A DNA stretch of 64,000 nucleotides, from positions 19,353,590 to 19,417,589 of the forward strand of contig NC_092387.1 in the NCBI RefSeq assembly GCF_030028105.1, given 5' to 3'. The translations under genes and the position numbers were made by a program. The DNA is from Mobula birostris (taxonomy: Eukaryota). Positions 1 to 12,384 of this stretch are shown here, piece by piece. The notes beneath the pieces are model-generated. The model did not search any database and had not been told where the DNA came from. It was given only the letters and a program-made list of their open reading frames with translations. Position 1 is the stretch's first letter; every line of letters begins with the position of its first letter.

Positions 1-557
1 GTTTTAAATCACGATTTACGAAAAGTTTGGATAAGTAGATGGATGGGAGGGGATGGAGGGCCATGCTCCAGCTGCGGGTCAATAGAACTAGGCAGAATAA
101 CAAATTGGCATGGACTAGATGGGCCGAAGGGTCTGCTTCCTTTGCTGTTGTGCTCTGTGACTCTACGGCACTTAAACAAGCTCAAACTGATAACGTACAA
201 ACATGGTTAATTTTAAATGATCTACCTTCCCCTTCCCCAGTTTGGATAGGTACTGATTCCGAGTCTCTATTCCCGACTCCATCGAAAGTTTGGAGACCCA
301 AAAGACCGCGGATGCTGGAATTTGGAGCAACACACAAGGTGCATGACACAAGATTCATCAAAGCGTCTCGACCTCAAACGTTCACTGTCGATTTCTCGCC
401 ATAGATGCTGGCCGACCTGCTGAGTTCCTCCAGCATCTTAAGCACTGCTCCTAAACATCACCCAACCCTTCCTCCGAATGTAAATGTGAGCCCAACCGGA
501 GATACGACCGCTTCCCCGAGACCCACACTCACTGCACTGGACATGCCGTCCCCTTAC

Positions 558-720
558 CTGTGGCCCACAGATTTCCTCTGGGATTGAATTTAATCTTCGA
601 AACATTGTTGGCTTCTGTAAGATCTAGACTGACCGCGGAGGACACAGACAAGTACGAAAACACAACCAGGTAAGCGAGGAAGCTGAGGTAACCCATCTCG
701 CGGCTGCAGAGAGCTGTCAT
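558..720 (-). CDS. NMB: Neuromedin B-like prepropeptide, copy A, coding exon 1 (exons 2-3 would lie left of the window)
   Basis: ATG at 720 gives MTALCSREMGYLSFLAYLVVFSYLSVSSAVSLDLTEANNVSKIKFNPRGNLWAT+G. It has a hydrophobic signal peptide and the NMB motif RGNLWATG, followed by a phase-1 donor G|GTAAG at 558/557. Confidence 0.92.
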
Positions 721-826
721 TCTTGCCTCACACTCTGTCTCTCTCGTTGTCTTTCCTTTTCTCTCCCTGTGGGCAAAGCCTCTCGCGGTTTCCCGGGTTC
801 TGTCTCGCCGCTTCATTGCTCTGTTC

Positions 827-864
827 TTTTTATACCTTCCCGGGGACGATGGGCGGCGCCCAAT
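827..864 (-). promoter_or_regulatory. Core promoter of NMB copy A (TATAAAAA, GC box, CCAAT)
   Basis: TATAAAAA on the minus strand at 834-827, ~110 nt upstream of the ATG. GGGCGG at 851-856 and CCAAT at 860-864 on the plus strand. Conserved in all three copies. Confidence 0.7.
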
Positions 865-3644
865 CGAATCCTCAGCACGGATGACTAATGCACTGAGGAC
901 CAGCTCTGGTCGGTGTTGGGACATCAGAGAGGGAACAAGTGAAATGTGTAGCGAGAGATGGTCGGGCTAATGAGGCAGAAGGGGAGTCTAGTGATCTCTA
1001 GGTGAAAATGTGAGTCTCGAGGCGCCGGTTAGACTAGAGACTCCTCTTCGCTTTATTTACTTTCAAATTCTCAACTTCTCGGTTATCTGCGATCGCCCAA
1101 CTCTCGGAGGAGATGCGTTTGTGCCGGTGTGGGATGGAGCAAGAGCCGGCAACGTCTGCCTTCACGGCAGCTCAGAGACCCATTCGCCCCTCCAGCAGAG
1201 AGCTCAGGGCAGAAGGAAGTAATCCAGAATCACCTTGTGTTTGAGACCCTCTATCTCTCTACCACGTCTAAATATAGCGCGGCATCGTGCCAGAAGCGCT
1301 GCCCAGAGAGTAAATTATACACAATTACGTCCACTTTTCAACGAGAACAGAACTGTTTGTGTCAGTAGTTCCGATACAGCACTCACCATCCATACCTTCC
1401 GATCACGCTGATCTCTGCACATTATTTCAAAATGCGTCTGTGTGGGCAAGTGAATCCTTAATATTACTTTAAAAGCCTCCACGATGCCTATTTTATTTGT
1501 TTTATACATCAACCGAGGATGTAGTTCCCCAGATAATTTACATTCTCAATTTCCCGGTGACTCGCGTGAAATCCTTGTGAAACTGTCCCATTTATATCAA
1601 CTGAGAAAGTAAACGCGGGGCTGGGTGGGGTGATGTTGTTCAGATTAACCATAGTTTACGCTAGATACTACTCACAGATCCCCGTGAAAGTTATATGGTT
1701 CGATTATATCTCTCTATCGTTTCCGTACCAGATCTGAGGTGTTTAACTTTTCCTTAAACTGTTAAATAGGTTAAAAATAAACATGACGTCCTTGATAATA
1801 TTAACTTTTCAGTTGTTCTATGATACGGCACAAGAGAGGTTGATAGGTTCAATGATTTGTGTTTGCAATCCTATTTCCCCCTCCGTTTTCAATTTTAACT
1901 TTCGAAGTGCTGTTTAAAATCTAATACCTTTGAAATCTCAAATCGACCCAAAGCTACCTGCAGCCAATGAAATGGTTCCAACATTAGACGCAGGTCGTCA
2001 ATCAAAACGAGCTTTCGTTGCCCATTTCCGGTTTGCCTTTGAGAGGGCTCGGGAGGAGAGCCTCCTCCTTGAATCGCAAACGTCCATCTGGTGAAGGTGT
2101 TCCCACAGTGCTGTTGGGATGGGAAGTAGAGTACTTAGATCCAGCGAAAATCGGGACGGGAAATATATTTACACATCATGGAAGGACTTCGTTAAACTAG
2201 AAAGGCTATGTGAGAAGGTCCACGAGCACATTACCCAGGGAGACTGTTTAGACTGGGACAGTTTTCCCTGGAGCCACGGAGGCGGAGGAGTGACCTTATT
2301 GACCTTACAGAGGTTGCTGATGTGGGTCATGCAGGGTACTGCGATCACTCGAGCCGAGTACGATATTCTCCAAAAGGCTTGTCTATCGGTGCGTCCTCAC
2401 GTTTACAATGGCATAGTATACTGGGGGCCCTTCACTGCTGTAGCCTTCCTCTGCCGTTGTGACGTGTCATCATCTCACGCTGCTCTACCGTTGAGGTCTT
2501 GGTTGGATCACTATTTGTCCGGAATCTCTCTCTTGATTTTACCGCGATGGGTGACCCTACCCTGAGCTGAGCGCCAGATGGCTAAACTCCAGACGGTATC
2601 GCTGTCGGGATGTCAGGAACTCAGAAGCCCCTCCTCCACTGTCTCCTCTAAGCTGCGCGGGTGCGCGGCCGCGCAGTAACTGAAATGCTCCCGCGCACAT
2701 AGCCTTCGTTGCCGTGCAGCAGGAATTTTTTTTACTGTAATGTGCCACGAGAGGTTGATAGCTTCTTGGTTAGAAAAGGTGTCAAACGTTGTGGGACGAA
2801 GGCTGGAGAATGGGGATAATAAACCAGCCATGGTGGAACCGAGGAACAGACTCATTTGGCCGAATGGCCTAATTCTTCCCCTATGATTTATGGTCTCATA
2901 AGATCATTCATTCATTCATTCATTATGTGTCGTGTCATATGACGTGGGCGATCATGGTCCTGATCATGGTTGTTCTCAGCTAATTTTTCTTCCGACGTGG
3001 TTTGTCTTTGCCATCTTCTGGGCAGTGGTCTTTACAAGAGGGGTGACCCCAGCCATTATCAAAACACTTCAGAGATTGTCTGCTTGACTTGTGCTATGCA
3101 CCAGCTGCTCATATCACCAACCACCAGCTCTCATGACTTCATGTGACCCTGATGAGTGGGGGTGCTAAGCAGGTGTTATACGTTGCCCAAGGATGACCTG
3201 TAGGCTAGCGGAGGGAAGGAATGCCTTACTGTTAGTGAGTAAGAGAATGTCCTACCACCTGAAGTTTATTATCAGATGGAGGGACTTTCCACAGGGCAAC
3301 GGCCATTGAATTAAGGATTGAGACTGAGGTGAGAATGACCAGGAAGAAGGCACAGAAGTTCACTTCACCAAGGAATGAGGAATAAATGTGTAAAGTCTGC
3401 ATTCAGTCCCCATTGGAGAAAACCTGCTGATGGAATGTTAGTGAAAACATTTGTGATCCTTAAGCCTGGTTGGAAGACCTCTGCTTCATGGAGCCTTGTT
3501 GCTACTTGTTGGAGTAGTCTTTGTGGTATGGATTTGGCTGTTTCCTGGGCCAGCTGAGGTTGCTAGCTGAACTGAGACTCGGAGCTTCCCCGGAGCAGAG
3601 ATGGAACAATCTGTCGTTCTTTGGTGTTTGTCTCTTCTTGTTCT

Positions 3645-5187
3645 TGTCATAAGGTGGGGTGGCTGGAGCGGACCCAAGTGCAAGACACAGACACTGAACT
3701 GGATACAGGGTGATGGCAAGGACATGCACAGGAAAACCAGGAACCTGGAACAGGACTGTACAAGAGAGCTAGGAGCCGGGGCTTGGACTCCGAGCCAGAG
3801 ACTGGACAAGGACCCAGTACCTGGGTCTTGCCTCTGGCTCGAACCCCAGAACTAGGCAAGGATGAGCCTTGGCAGGCAGGCAGGACGAGGCTAGAAGCTA
3901 GAGGCTAGATACTTGGCTTGGCTTGGCTTGGCAAGAGGCTCGAGACTAGAGACTTGACTTGGTTTGGCAAGAGGCTAGGCACAAGGCTGGAGTCTTCAGG
4001 CTTGAGGCTAAGCAGGAGGCCGGAGTCTTCGGGCTTGAGGCTAAGCAGGAGGCTGGAGTCTTTGGGCTTGAGGCCTGGCAGGAGGCTGGAGTCTTCGGGC
4101 TTGAGGCCTGGCAGGAGGCTGGAGTCTTCGGGCTTGAGGCCTGGCAGGAGGCTGGAGCCTTCGGGCTTGAGGCCTGGCAGGAGGCTGGAGCCTTCGGGCT
4201 TGAGGCTTAGGCAGGAGGCTGGAGCCTTCGGGCTTGAGGCCTGGCAGGAGGTTGGAGCCTTCGGGCATGAGGCTTGGGCAGGAGGCTGGAGTCTTCGGGC
4301 TTGAGGCTGGGCAGGAGGCTGGAGTCTTCGGGCTTGAGGCCTGGCAGGAGGCTGGAGCCTTCGGGCTTGAGGCTGGGCAGGAGGCTGGAGTCTTCAGGCT
4401 TGAGGCTGGGCAGGAGGCTGGAGCCTTCGGGCTTGAGGCTTAGGCAGGAGGCTGGGCAGGAGGCTGGAGTGTTCAGGCTTGAGGCTAGGCAGGAGGCTGG
4501 AGCATTCGGGCTTGAGGCTTAGGCAGGAGGCTGGAGCCTTCGGGCTTGAGGCTGTGCAGGAGGATGGCGCCTTCAGGAGTGAGGCTTGAGGATGGAGCCT
4601 TCGGGCTTGAGACGAGGCGAGGCTGGAGGCTGAAGGCAGGAGACTTGAGGCGAGGCTTGGAATCTCCTCCTGGGCAGGGCGCTGTACTCCTGGGCAGGGT
4701 GCGGATCTCCTGGGTGGGGTGTGGATCACCACCTGACAGAGGCAAGGGACAGGAAGGGACAGAACCAACCCCAGGTAACGGCAAGATGGCCTGGCTTACC
4801 TGGGTGGAGGGAAGGGACAGGAAGGGAGCTAGGTACAGGGTGGCTCCAGGACAAGACTGCAGGCGAGACGAGGCGAGAGTTACCAGCAAGACAAGGCAAG
4901 GCTTCTGGCAAAGCAAGGCGAGACGAGAACTTCAGGTGATGCAAGAGTTACCGGCAAGACAAGGCAGGGCTTCAGGCAGAGCAAGGGATACAAGGAGTAA
5001 GGACAAGAACAATCCAGCAGCCACACCGGGTCTCTGAAGGTATTTATGCAGCCAGCCCCAACTAGCATCAGCTGCCTCAATTAGAGCTAAACAAGAACAG
5101 AAACAGGGTAGACAGGAAAACCTGGAGCAAGGGTCGATGGACCAGTCCATGAACTGGAATATGGACTTCATGGACCGGACCGTGGCA
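3645..5187 (-). mobile_element. Nested solo LTR with 5-bp TSD
   Basis: Minus-strand termini TGCCACGG...ATGACA. The direct repeat GTTCT flanks it at 3640-3644 and 5188-5192. Confidence 0.75.
3985..4610. repeat. 33-bp GC-rich minisatellite (GAGTCTTCGGGCTTGAGGCCTGGCAGGAGGCTG)n, ~19 copies
   Basis: Directly visible. Gives the 11-aa periodicity (LESSGLRPGRR) in overlapping spurious ORFs. Confidence 0.92.
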
Positions 5188-6674
5188 GTTCTCTCCTCTG
5201 TGGGGTAAGCCAGGCTGTTTTGCTGTTGCCCTGCGGGGATCTGTCTTGTCTTGTCCTGGTCTCTGTGGGGTAAATCAGGCCGTTTTGCCATTGCCCTGCG
5301 GGGGGTATCTGTCTTCTCTTGTCCTTGCCTCTGTTGGGTAAGTCCGGCTGTTCTGCCATTACCTGACAGAGAGACCTGTCCCAGCTTGGTGTGGAGATGA
5401 AGTTGAGTCCCGGCTTGTCTTTGGATAAGTCCTTGCTCTATGTCTATGCTCTGTCCTGTCTCATGTTAGTGTCATGTTAAAGATGAGTCCCAGCTTGTCG
5501 AAGGATAAGTCTGGGCACTATGTTGATGTTCGGTTCCCAGTCTGTGTCTTGAGATGCAAGAACCCTAGCCCCGACGATCCCACAGCCAAGCTCCAAGAAC
5601 CCAAGCCTCGAGGATCCCAAGCCAAGCTCCAAGAATCCAAGCCTGGAGGGTCCCAAGCCAAGCTCCAAGAACCCAAGCTTCGAGGATCCCAAGCCAAGCT
5701 CAAGAACCAAGACCCCAGCCTGCAGCCACATTCAAGACCCAAGACCCCAGCCTGCAGCCAAGCTCAAGACCCAAGACCCCAGCCTGCAGCCAAGTTCAGG
5801 CCTCTAGTCCCCAGCCATGTCCTGTCCTGAAGCTATGTCATGCCCTTGCCTGGTTCTGGGGTCCGAGCCTGAGGCAAGACCCAGGTTCTGGGTCCTTGTC
5901 CAGTCTCGGGCTCGGAGTCCAAGCCTTGTCTCCTAGTCCATGGTCTCTAGACCTGGTCCCGCTTTCCCTAGCCCAAGTCTGCATTCTTGTCCCCGCTCTT
6001 TGCCTGATTCCTGTCACGTCCCTACTCTAGTCAAGTCCTGTTCCTTATACTTCAGTGTTTGTGTCTCGCAATTAGGTCCGTTCCCAGCACTCCCACTGTG
6101 ATAAAACAGGACTTTTCAGAAGGAATAAGCTGGGTGGAATACTAGAAATAAATTGAAAAACACAGCAAGTTGAGATTAGGATGAACTGTACGATTGTTTC
6201 AACAAGGAAAAATGGTGTAGTGTAGATCAACCCCTGAAACATATAAAGTTCCCAGGAGTACTGACAAAATTGATGGTGAAGGGGATATTTCTCCTGGTGG
6301 GGCTATTATAAACTTGATGTGAGGGCACAATTACAGAATAATGGGTTGCCCAATGAAAAAAGAGATCAACTTGTCTCAGAAGGTCACAATTCTCTTGAAT
6401 TCTTTACCCCAAAGAGCCGTGAAGGCAAAGTCATTAAATAAACTCAAAAACCAGATATGAACAGATATATCAGCTTCAAAGCCAAGAAGAGATATAGGGG
6501 CCAAGCAGGATGATGGTGTCGAGGACAGGATTAGATCAGTCATCATCTTACTGAGTGCTGCGGCAGGATGAAGGGGGTGGTGGTCTTCTTCTGTTTCTGA
6601 CATCAGTTTTGGAAGTGGTGAGGGAGGGGCTGGAGCTGGGTGACTCTGCAGGGAATTAACTTCTGACCTTCTAC

Positions 6675-7290
6675 AGACGCGGACTGGAGAGTATTCTGAC
6701 TGGTTGCATCATGGCCTGGTATGGAAACACCATTGCCCATAAGCAGAAAAGCAGTGGATGCAGCCCAATCCATCACAGGAAAAGCCCTCCCCACCACTGA
6801 GCACAGTTGCAGCTGGCAATTCCACAGGAAAGCAGCATCCATCATCCAAGACCCCCATGATCCACGCTGTGCTCTCTTCTTGTTGCTGCCATTGGGAAGG
6901 AGCCTCAGGACCCACACCACCAGGTTCAGGGACAGTTACTCCTGCTCAACCATCGGGCTCCTGAACAGGCATAGACAACCTCGCTCACCTCAACTCTGAA
7001 CTGATCTCACAAACTATCCACTTATTTTCAATGACTCTACAAATCATGTTCTCAATATTATTTATTTATGTGTTTGTTCGTTTATTTGTTTATCTTGTAT
7101 TTGCACTGTTTGTTTACCTCTGCACTTTGGTTATTTGTCTGTCTTTCTTTGTGCATAGTTTTTCATTACTTAACCCAGTTGTGTTTCTTTGTATCCAATG
7201 TGAATGCCTGCAACAAAAGGAATCTTGGTTGTGGGGTAGTATGTTGTGGCATGTACGTACTTCGATAATAAATTTACTTTAAACTTTGCT
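6675..7290 (+). mobile_element. 3' fragment of a Rex1/Babar- or L2-like LINE
   Basis: gagagtattctgactggttgcatcatggcctggtatggaaac translates to ESILTGCIMAWYGN, a typical RT C-terminal motif. It is followed by a T-rich 3' UTR ending ATAATAAA. Confidence 0.55.
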
Positions 7291-10200
7291 ATCTGAAAGA
7301 CTGAAGTGATTGATGATGCCAGTCAGCACTGGGTAATACAATAGGTGGGTGATGTCCCAGCAGGGGACGGCTTGTGGAAGGATGTAGGCTGGAGGCGGGA
7401 GGGAACATGAAAGCAGGAATTAGGTATGGAATTAAGAGACAGCAGAGCTGGTGTCAGGTGCTATAGATAAGAATGAACTACAACTGAGTGGAGAGATATT
7501 TTCTTTGGTGCACAAGAGGATGATTAGATTAGATTACTAGATTAGATGGGATTATTTGTACCCTTAGCATGAGACTAAACTCTGGATGACAGAGAGAAAT
7601 ACCACATAATACTGTAACCCTCTCACCAGGGCCCATGCACATTTGGCTTGTTAGCCAACTCTGCTAAAAGCTCTGTGGCTCAGCAGTGAGAAGGCCACCT
7701 CTGACAAACTATGTATGGGTCTGGGTTTGGTATGATTTGGGGTTCAACCAAGCAGGAATATCATGATGGTTCAATAAATGGAACCACGTTTTGAGAAAAT
7801 GCTGTGTAAAGAAAAGAAATTAAGATGGTCCATTATAGGTAAAACAGTGCAATGTGCACACAAACATTGGAGATCATACTGGAGTAGTCAGGGTGTATTT
7901 CTCACTCAAGCGCTGGACCCACAGTCTGCCTGAAGGAAGCTGCCAAATTCTGAACTCCCCTCGAAGAGCATCTCGAAAGAATTGGCTCTCACAAGAGGAT
8001 TGGCCCTTTTTGCTTGGAGCCGTTCACCTGCACAAAGCACTTCTTGCAACAGGGACTCTCCTTCCAATGGCATTCAGTGGCATCTTCCCCTGTGCCCCTC
8101 TCCGCAGCTCACGCCAAAGACCCCGAACCAGACTATTGTCCTTCAGAAAACTCTTCCCCACGGCTCTCTAGAACCAGGATCCTGAATGGCTGACACACAT
8201 TCCTAAGTTAGACAACGTGGCTTATTTTCTTTGGCCAAAGCCAAAGCACTCTTTCCAGCATGGCACACTGCTTTTAAACGGCTAATATAAAGGACCTCAC
8301 TGCATTGCAGTAGAAATCTTTACTGGGGCATTACAATTCTGTAAACAAATATGTAGTTTATTGTGAGATCCTTTCCTGTCACACCTGTATTCTGTTGTCG
8401 AAGTTCTTGTAACATTTGTCATACCTAGAGATTATGCTAAGAGTATAATAGCAATGTCTACTTCTATGACATTCGAAATGTTATGTTGGAAATTTGTGAT
8501 TCAGCTTTTCCACCACTTAGAGGTAAATTGCCTCTTCTGCCTGCTGCAAAAAAAAAGTGACTAAATGTGAGAACAAATATTGCAGATATTCCCTATTGAT
8601 TCCCTGTTGATCTTGGGTGTGACAAACGCACTTCACTTTTAATTCAGAAAGTCTGTGCTTATGCAATTCCAAAGGTATAATGACAAAAATCTACTTTGAC
8701 ACCCTAGTGCTATGCTGAGGCACCGTGACACTGTCAGAGGTGCTGCCTTTCAGCTAAAACACTTATCAATGGTAACTGAACATGGAAGAACCCATAACAC
8801 TATTTGAAAATGAGCTGGAAGATTTTCCTCAGTGTCCACTCTCCATTGGATGCTGGGAAATTCAGGTGTTCTGTGATTATGAACATCATGCCACAGATGC
8901 AAATTCTTTGTTTTAATCTTTCAGTTTATGAATGAATTATGTGGAACACAAATGAGTTGCAACTTAATTCCAGTTGCTCATGACTAATATCATTTATTTA
9001 CATTGTTATCCTGTGCCTAGTAAATATGATCTTGGTAAGGTATGTACTCAATTGTTGGGGTCTTATATGGAACAGGTGCAGGTGGACAATCTCTGATAAT
9101 GGCTAGGGTCACCCGTCTTGTAAAGACACTGCCCAGAAGAAGGCAATGGCGAACCACTTCTGGAGAAAAGTTTGCCAAGCACAATCATGATCATGGGGCA
9201 ATGATCGCCCTTGTCATCTGACATGGTGCATGATGAATGTAAGATGATGATGCAGGCTATTAAAACCCTTGAACCTGGTCGACTGCTCAATTAGATCCGA
9301 ACCTCAGTTCCATTCACTAGCTTCTTCCTGCACCAGGGGACATTCGACGTTGTTCAATTAACCAAAAACCTACATGCCTTTGAGTTGCCGGATAACATTG
9401 GGGCACACGGTCTCAACCCACACAGAGACAGGGAGAATGTGGAAGCTAACAGCCCTGGAGGTCAGGATTGAACCCGTCATCTCTGGTGCTGTGCGATAGC
9501 ACCTCTGCACCTCTGTGTCATTCATTCATCAAGTGCCGTGTCGTATGACGGAGATAATCAAGGTCTTGACCATGATTGTTGTTCAAAATTTTTTCTACAG
9601 AAGTGATTTGCCATTACCTTCTTCTGGAGAGTGTGTTTACAAGATGGCTGACCCCAACCATCAGCAATACTCTTCAGTGATTGTCTGCCTGGCATCAGTG
9701 ATCACATAACCAGGACTTGTAATGTACACCAGCTGCTCATACAACCATCCAGCACCTGTTTCTGTGGCTTCACCTGACCCTGATCGAGAGTGTAAGCAGG
9801 TGCTACCCCTTGCACAAGGGTGACCCGCAGGCTGGCAGAGGGAAGGAGCAGCTTATCACCCGTCCTTTGGTAGAGACAGATCTCCACCCCAGCACCCAGT
9901 CTCTGTGTCACCTTCTCATTATTTTCAACCTTGAATCTGTGACTTCTTTGTCTTCTGAATTATGGAGACCACAAGCTTATCTGTCCTCATGTTTATAATC
10001 TTAGCGTCAATTTGAAATCTGTCTTGCGCCTTTTTCACGATTAATACTTTATTTTCAGAATGTGGTGCCCAGAACCAATCTCAATTCAAACTGCATTTTG
10101 CACCAAATCTTAACATATCATCCTCTTGTGGTTTAGGAGATTTTTCCAAACAAAATAAAAACAGTATATGCGTGCCAACTCCTCTGTAAATATCAGATGA

Positions 10201-12384
10201 GAAGGAAAAGACATGAGAGACTGCTGAACAAGGAACAGAATCCTGGAATAACTCCTGATGCAGGGTCTCGAATCGAATCATGGACATACTCCACCTTCTC
10301 CACAGACGCTGCTTAACCTACTGAGTGTTTCCAACGTTCAGCTTATGTTTGTATCAAACTCAAAGGAATCTCTCTAGAATTGTGAGATTTATTCTGAAAA
10401 CACATGGAGGACAAACACGAGAATATCTGTAGATGCTGGAAATCCAATGCAAAACACATATAAGAGGCTAGAGGAACACACACAAAAGACTATAGGTAAT
10501 CCAAAATTTATCAATGCTCATTTTTAATATATCCAATGACTTGGCCTCCACAGCCACCTGTGGCAATGAATTCCACACATTCACTAGCCTCTAACTGAAG
10601 AAATTCCTCTTTACCTCTGTTCTAAAGGAACATCCTTGTATTCTGAGGCTGCGCCCTCTGGTTCTAGACTCTCCCACTATTGGAAACACTCTCTTTATGT
10701 CCACTATCTAGGCCTTTCAATATTCAGTAGGTGGGTAGGTTTTGGTGGAAAGAGAAACCAGTTCAGATGAAGAGTCATGATCCAAAATGTTACCGGTCCT
10801 CTTCTTTCCACAGATGCTGCCTAACCCATTGAATTCCTCCAGCATCTTGTTGGTTCCTCCATATTCCAGCGTCTGCAGTCTCTTGTGCCTTTATCCAATA
10901 AATACTTTGGGACAATAACAATATTCTCTCTACTTTTTTGAGCCAACCTTTGCTCTGAGCAAGAACTTTTTACACAGCCTGAAAACTGTGCAACACTTTA
11001 ATAAAACATTATAAAAGAAAATTCCAGCTGCTAACCAACAAAGGCTACATATGCAGGCACATTTCTGTTACACCCACTCAGCTTAGATGAAACAGTGGTT
11101 AATAACCCTTCCTGAGAACGGGGGAAGCTCAGAGATGGTTGTACTCAAGGATGAAGCCACCTGCCCTGGACATCAGAGATGCTAAGTGATGCCAAGTCCA
11201 CCACATTGACTCACTCAGTATGACCCGTTGCATGGGGGACATCATTTCTCTACTTGTTATCCCAGGATTTGTATTGACATTTGAATTTTCAGGCTTTGGT
11301 TCCACATGAAAGACTGGGCACTTCACATGTTTCTATAACAGATGTCCACGTCTTTGAATACTACCACCTGCATCTTTCTTCAAGTGATCAAGGAGGTAGA
11401 AAGTTGCATGAGTCAGATTTGTTCCTTAAACTCATATTTCAAGAACCAACTGATGCAGCTCAGCTCCTTCCCTTCATTCCCATTCACTGCATTCAGCAGA
11501 CCCAATATCCCATAACGTACACGCACTCAAGGAAGAGAGAAATATCCACTGCTTTTTAATGTTGTATTTTATATTGACTTTGATTTACAGGGTTCCTTAA
11601 CATTTTTGTAGCGGGATTTGTAGTGGGGATAAACTCCCACTTCCTAGTTAATGCTCCCAATGGCAGGCATCTAAAGTAGCCTCTGACAACCATGTCCAGC
11701 TCCTGGCCTTCACGTGTGCTTAGTTACTGAGCCTGGCAGAACCGTTTCTACTGACAGGAGAAGGGGCAAAGCAGGGTTACTGTTGCCTTAAACCAGTTGC
11801 TTTGAGCAGATGGGGCTTATCAGCCATGGTTGGCAACTCACCCAGGAGAAAGGAAACTCTGATGTTAAACCTCTGCTGCCTTGCGACTGTACCCACTCAT
11901 GGGGAAGGCTTTGGGACTAATCCCTGAGGAACAATCTGGGGCTGGATTCCCTAAGGCAGTCCTACATTGAGTTCAATGCTGACTGGCAACTCCTGTGATG
12001 CTGCTGGTGCCAAACTGTATCGGTCTCTGCTGTACCTGTGGTCTCATCAGATGTGTGGAGAGAGGGAGCCTGTTTCAGGGCAGCAGCTTCCTGTCCTTGT
12101 TGTACTGCCCTGGGCTTACGTATCATGTAGATAGCTGGGATGCAACATCCGTGGTCGACCTTGACCAACGGAGGCCAAGATTGGGTTGTAGGTATTGCTG
12201 TGTTATTCCTGACAATTGATTAGACAAGGAGCATTCATTGGAGTCACGTATCTGTCAGTAGTACATAGACTGGATTGAGATCTTCAGCCCACAATGTCTG
12301 TTACAACCGTGATACCAATCAAAACCAATCCCCCTTACCTGCACATTGTCTATATCTCCCACCCTCTGCCTGTTCATACATCCT

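Larger units (their letters stand above)
3389..6103 (+). mobile_element. Outer LTR-like element, interrupted by a related LTR
   Basis: Starts TG(TAAAG) and ends TGTGATA (degenerate TG..CA). Absent at the equivalent site of unit 3 (~52168-52422). Its 3' end resembles the 3' end of the inner LTR. Confidence 0.55.

Noticed and set aside
529-924. 131-aa ORF starting MSQHRPEL as the full protein (also 24718-25113 and 49296-49691)
   Set aside because: The N-terminal extension spans the TATA/GC/CCAAT promoter and the tail reads through the splice donor. The signal peptide begins at ATG 720.
2119-2565. 148-aa ORF upstream of NMB
   Set aside because: No recognisable motif, non-ATG start, and broken in unit 3.
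3918-4610. CRISPR-like array or repetitive protein genes
   Set aside because: The 33-bp units are contiguous with no unique spacers, the context is eukaryotic, and the ORFs in several frames are by-products of the minisatellite.
7031-7282. Hydrophobic membrane-protein ORF
   Set aside because: It is the T-rich 3' UTR of a LINE, and its sequence is not preserved across units.
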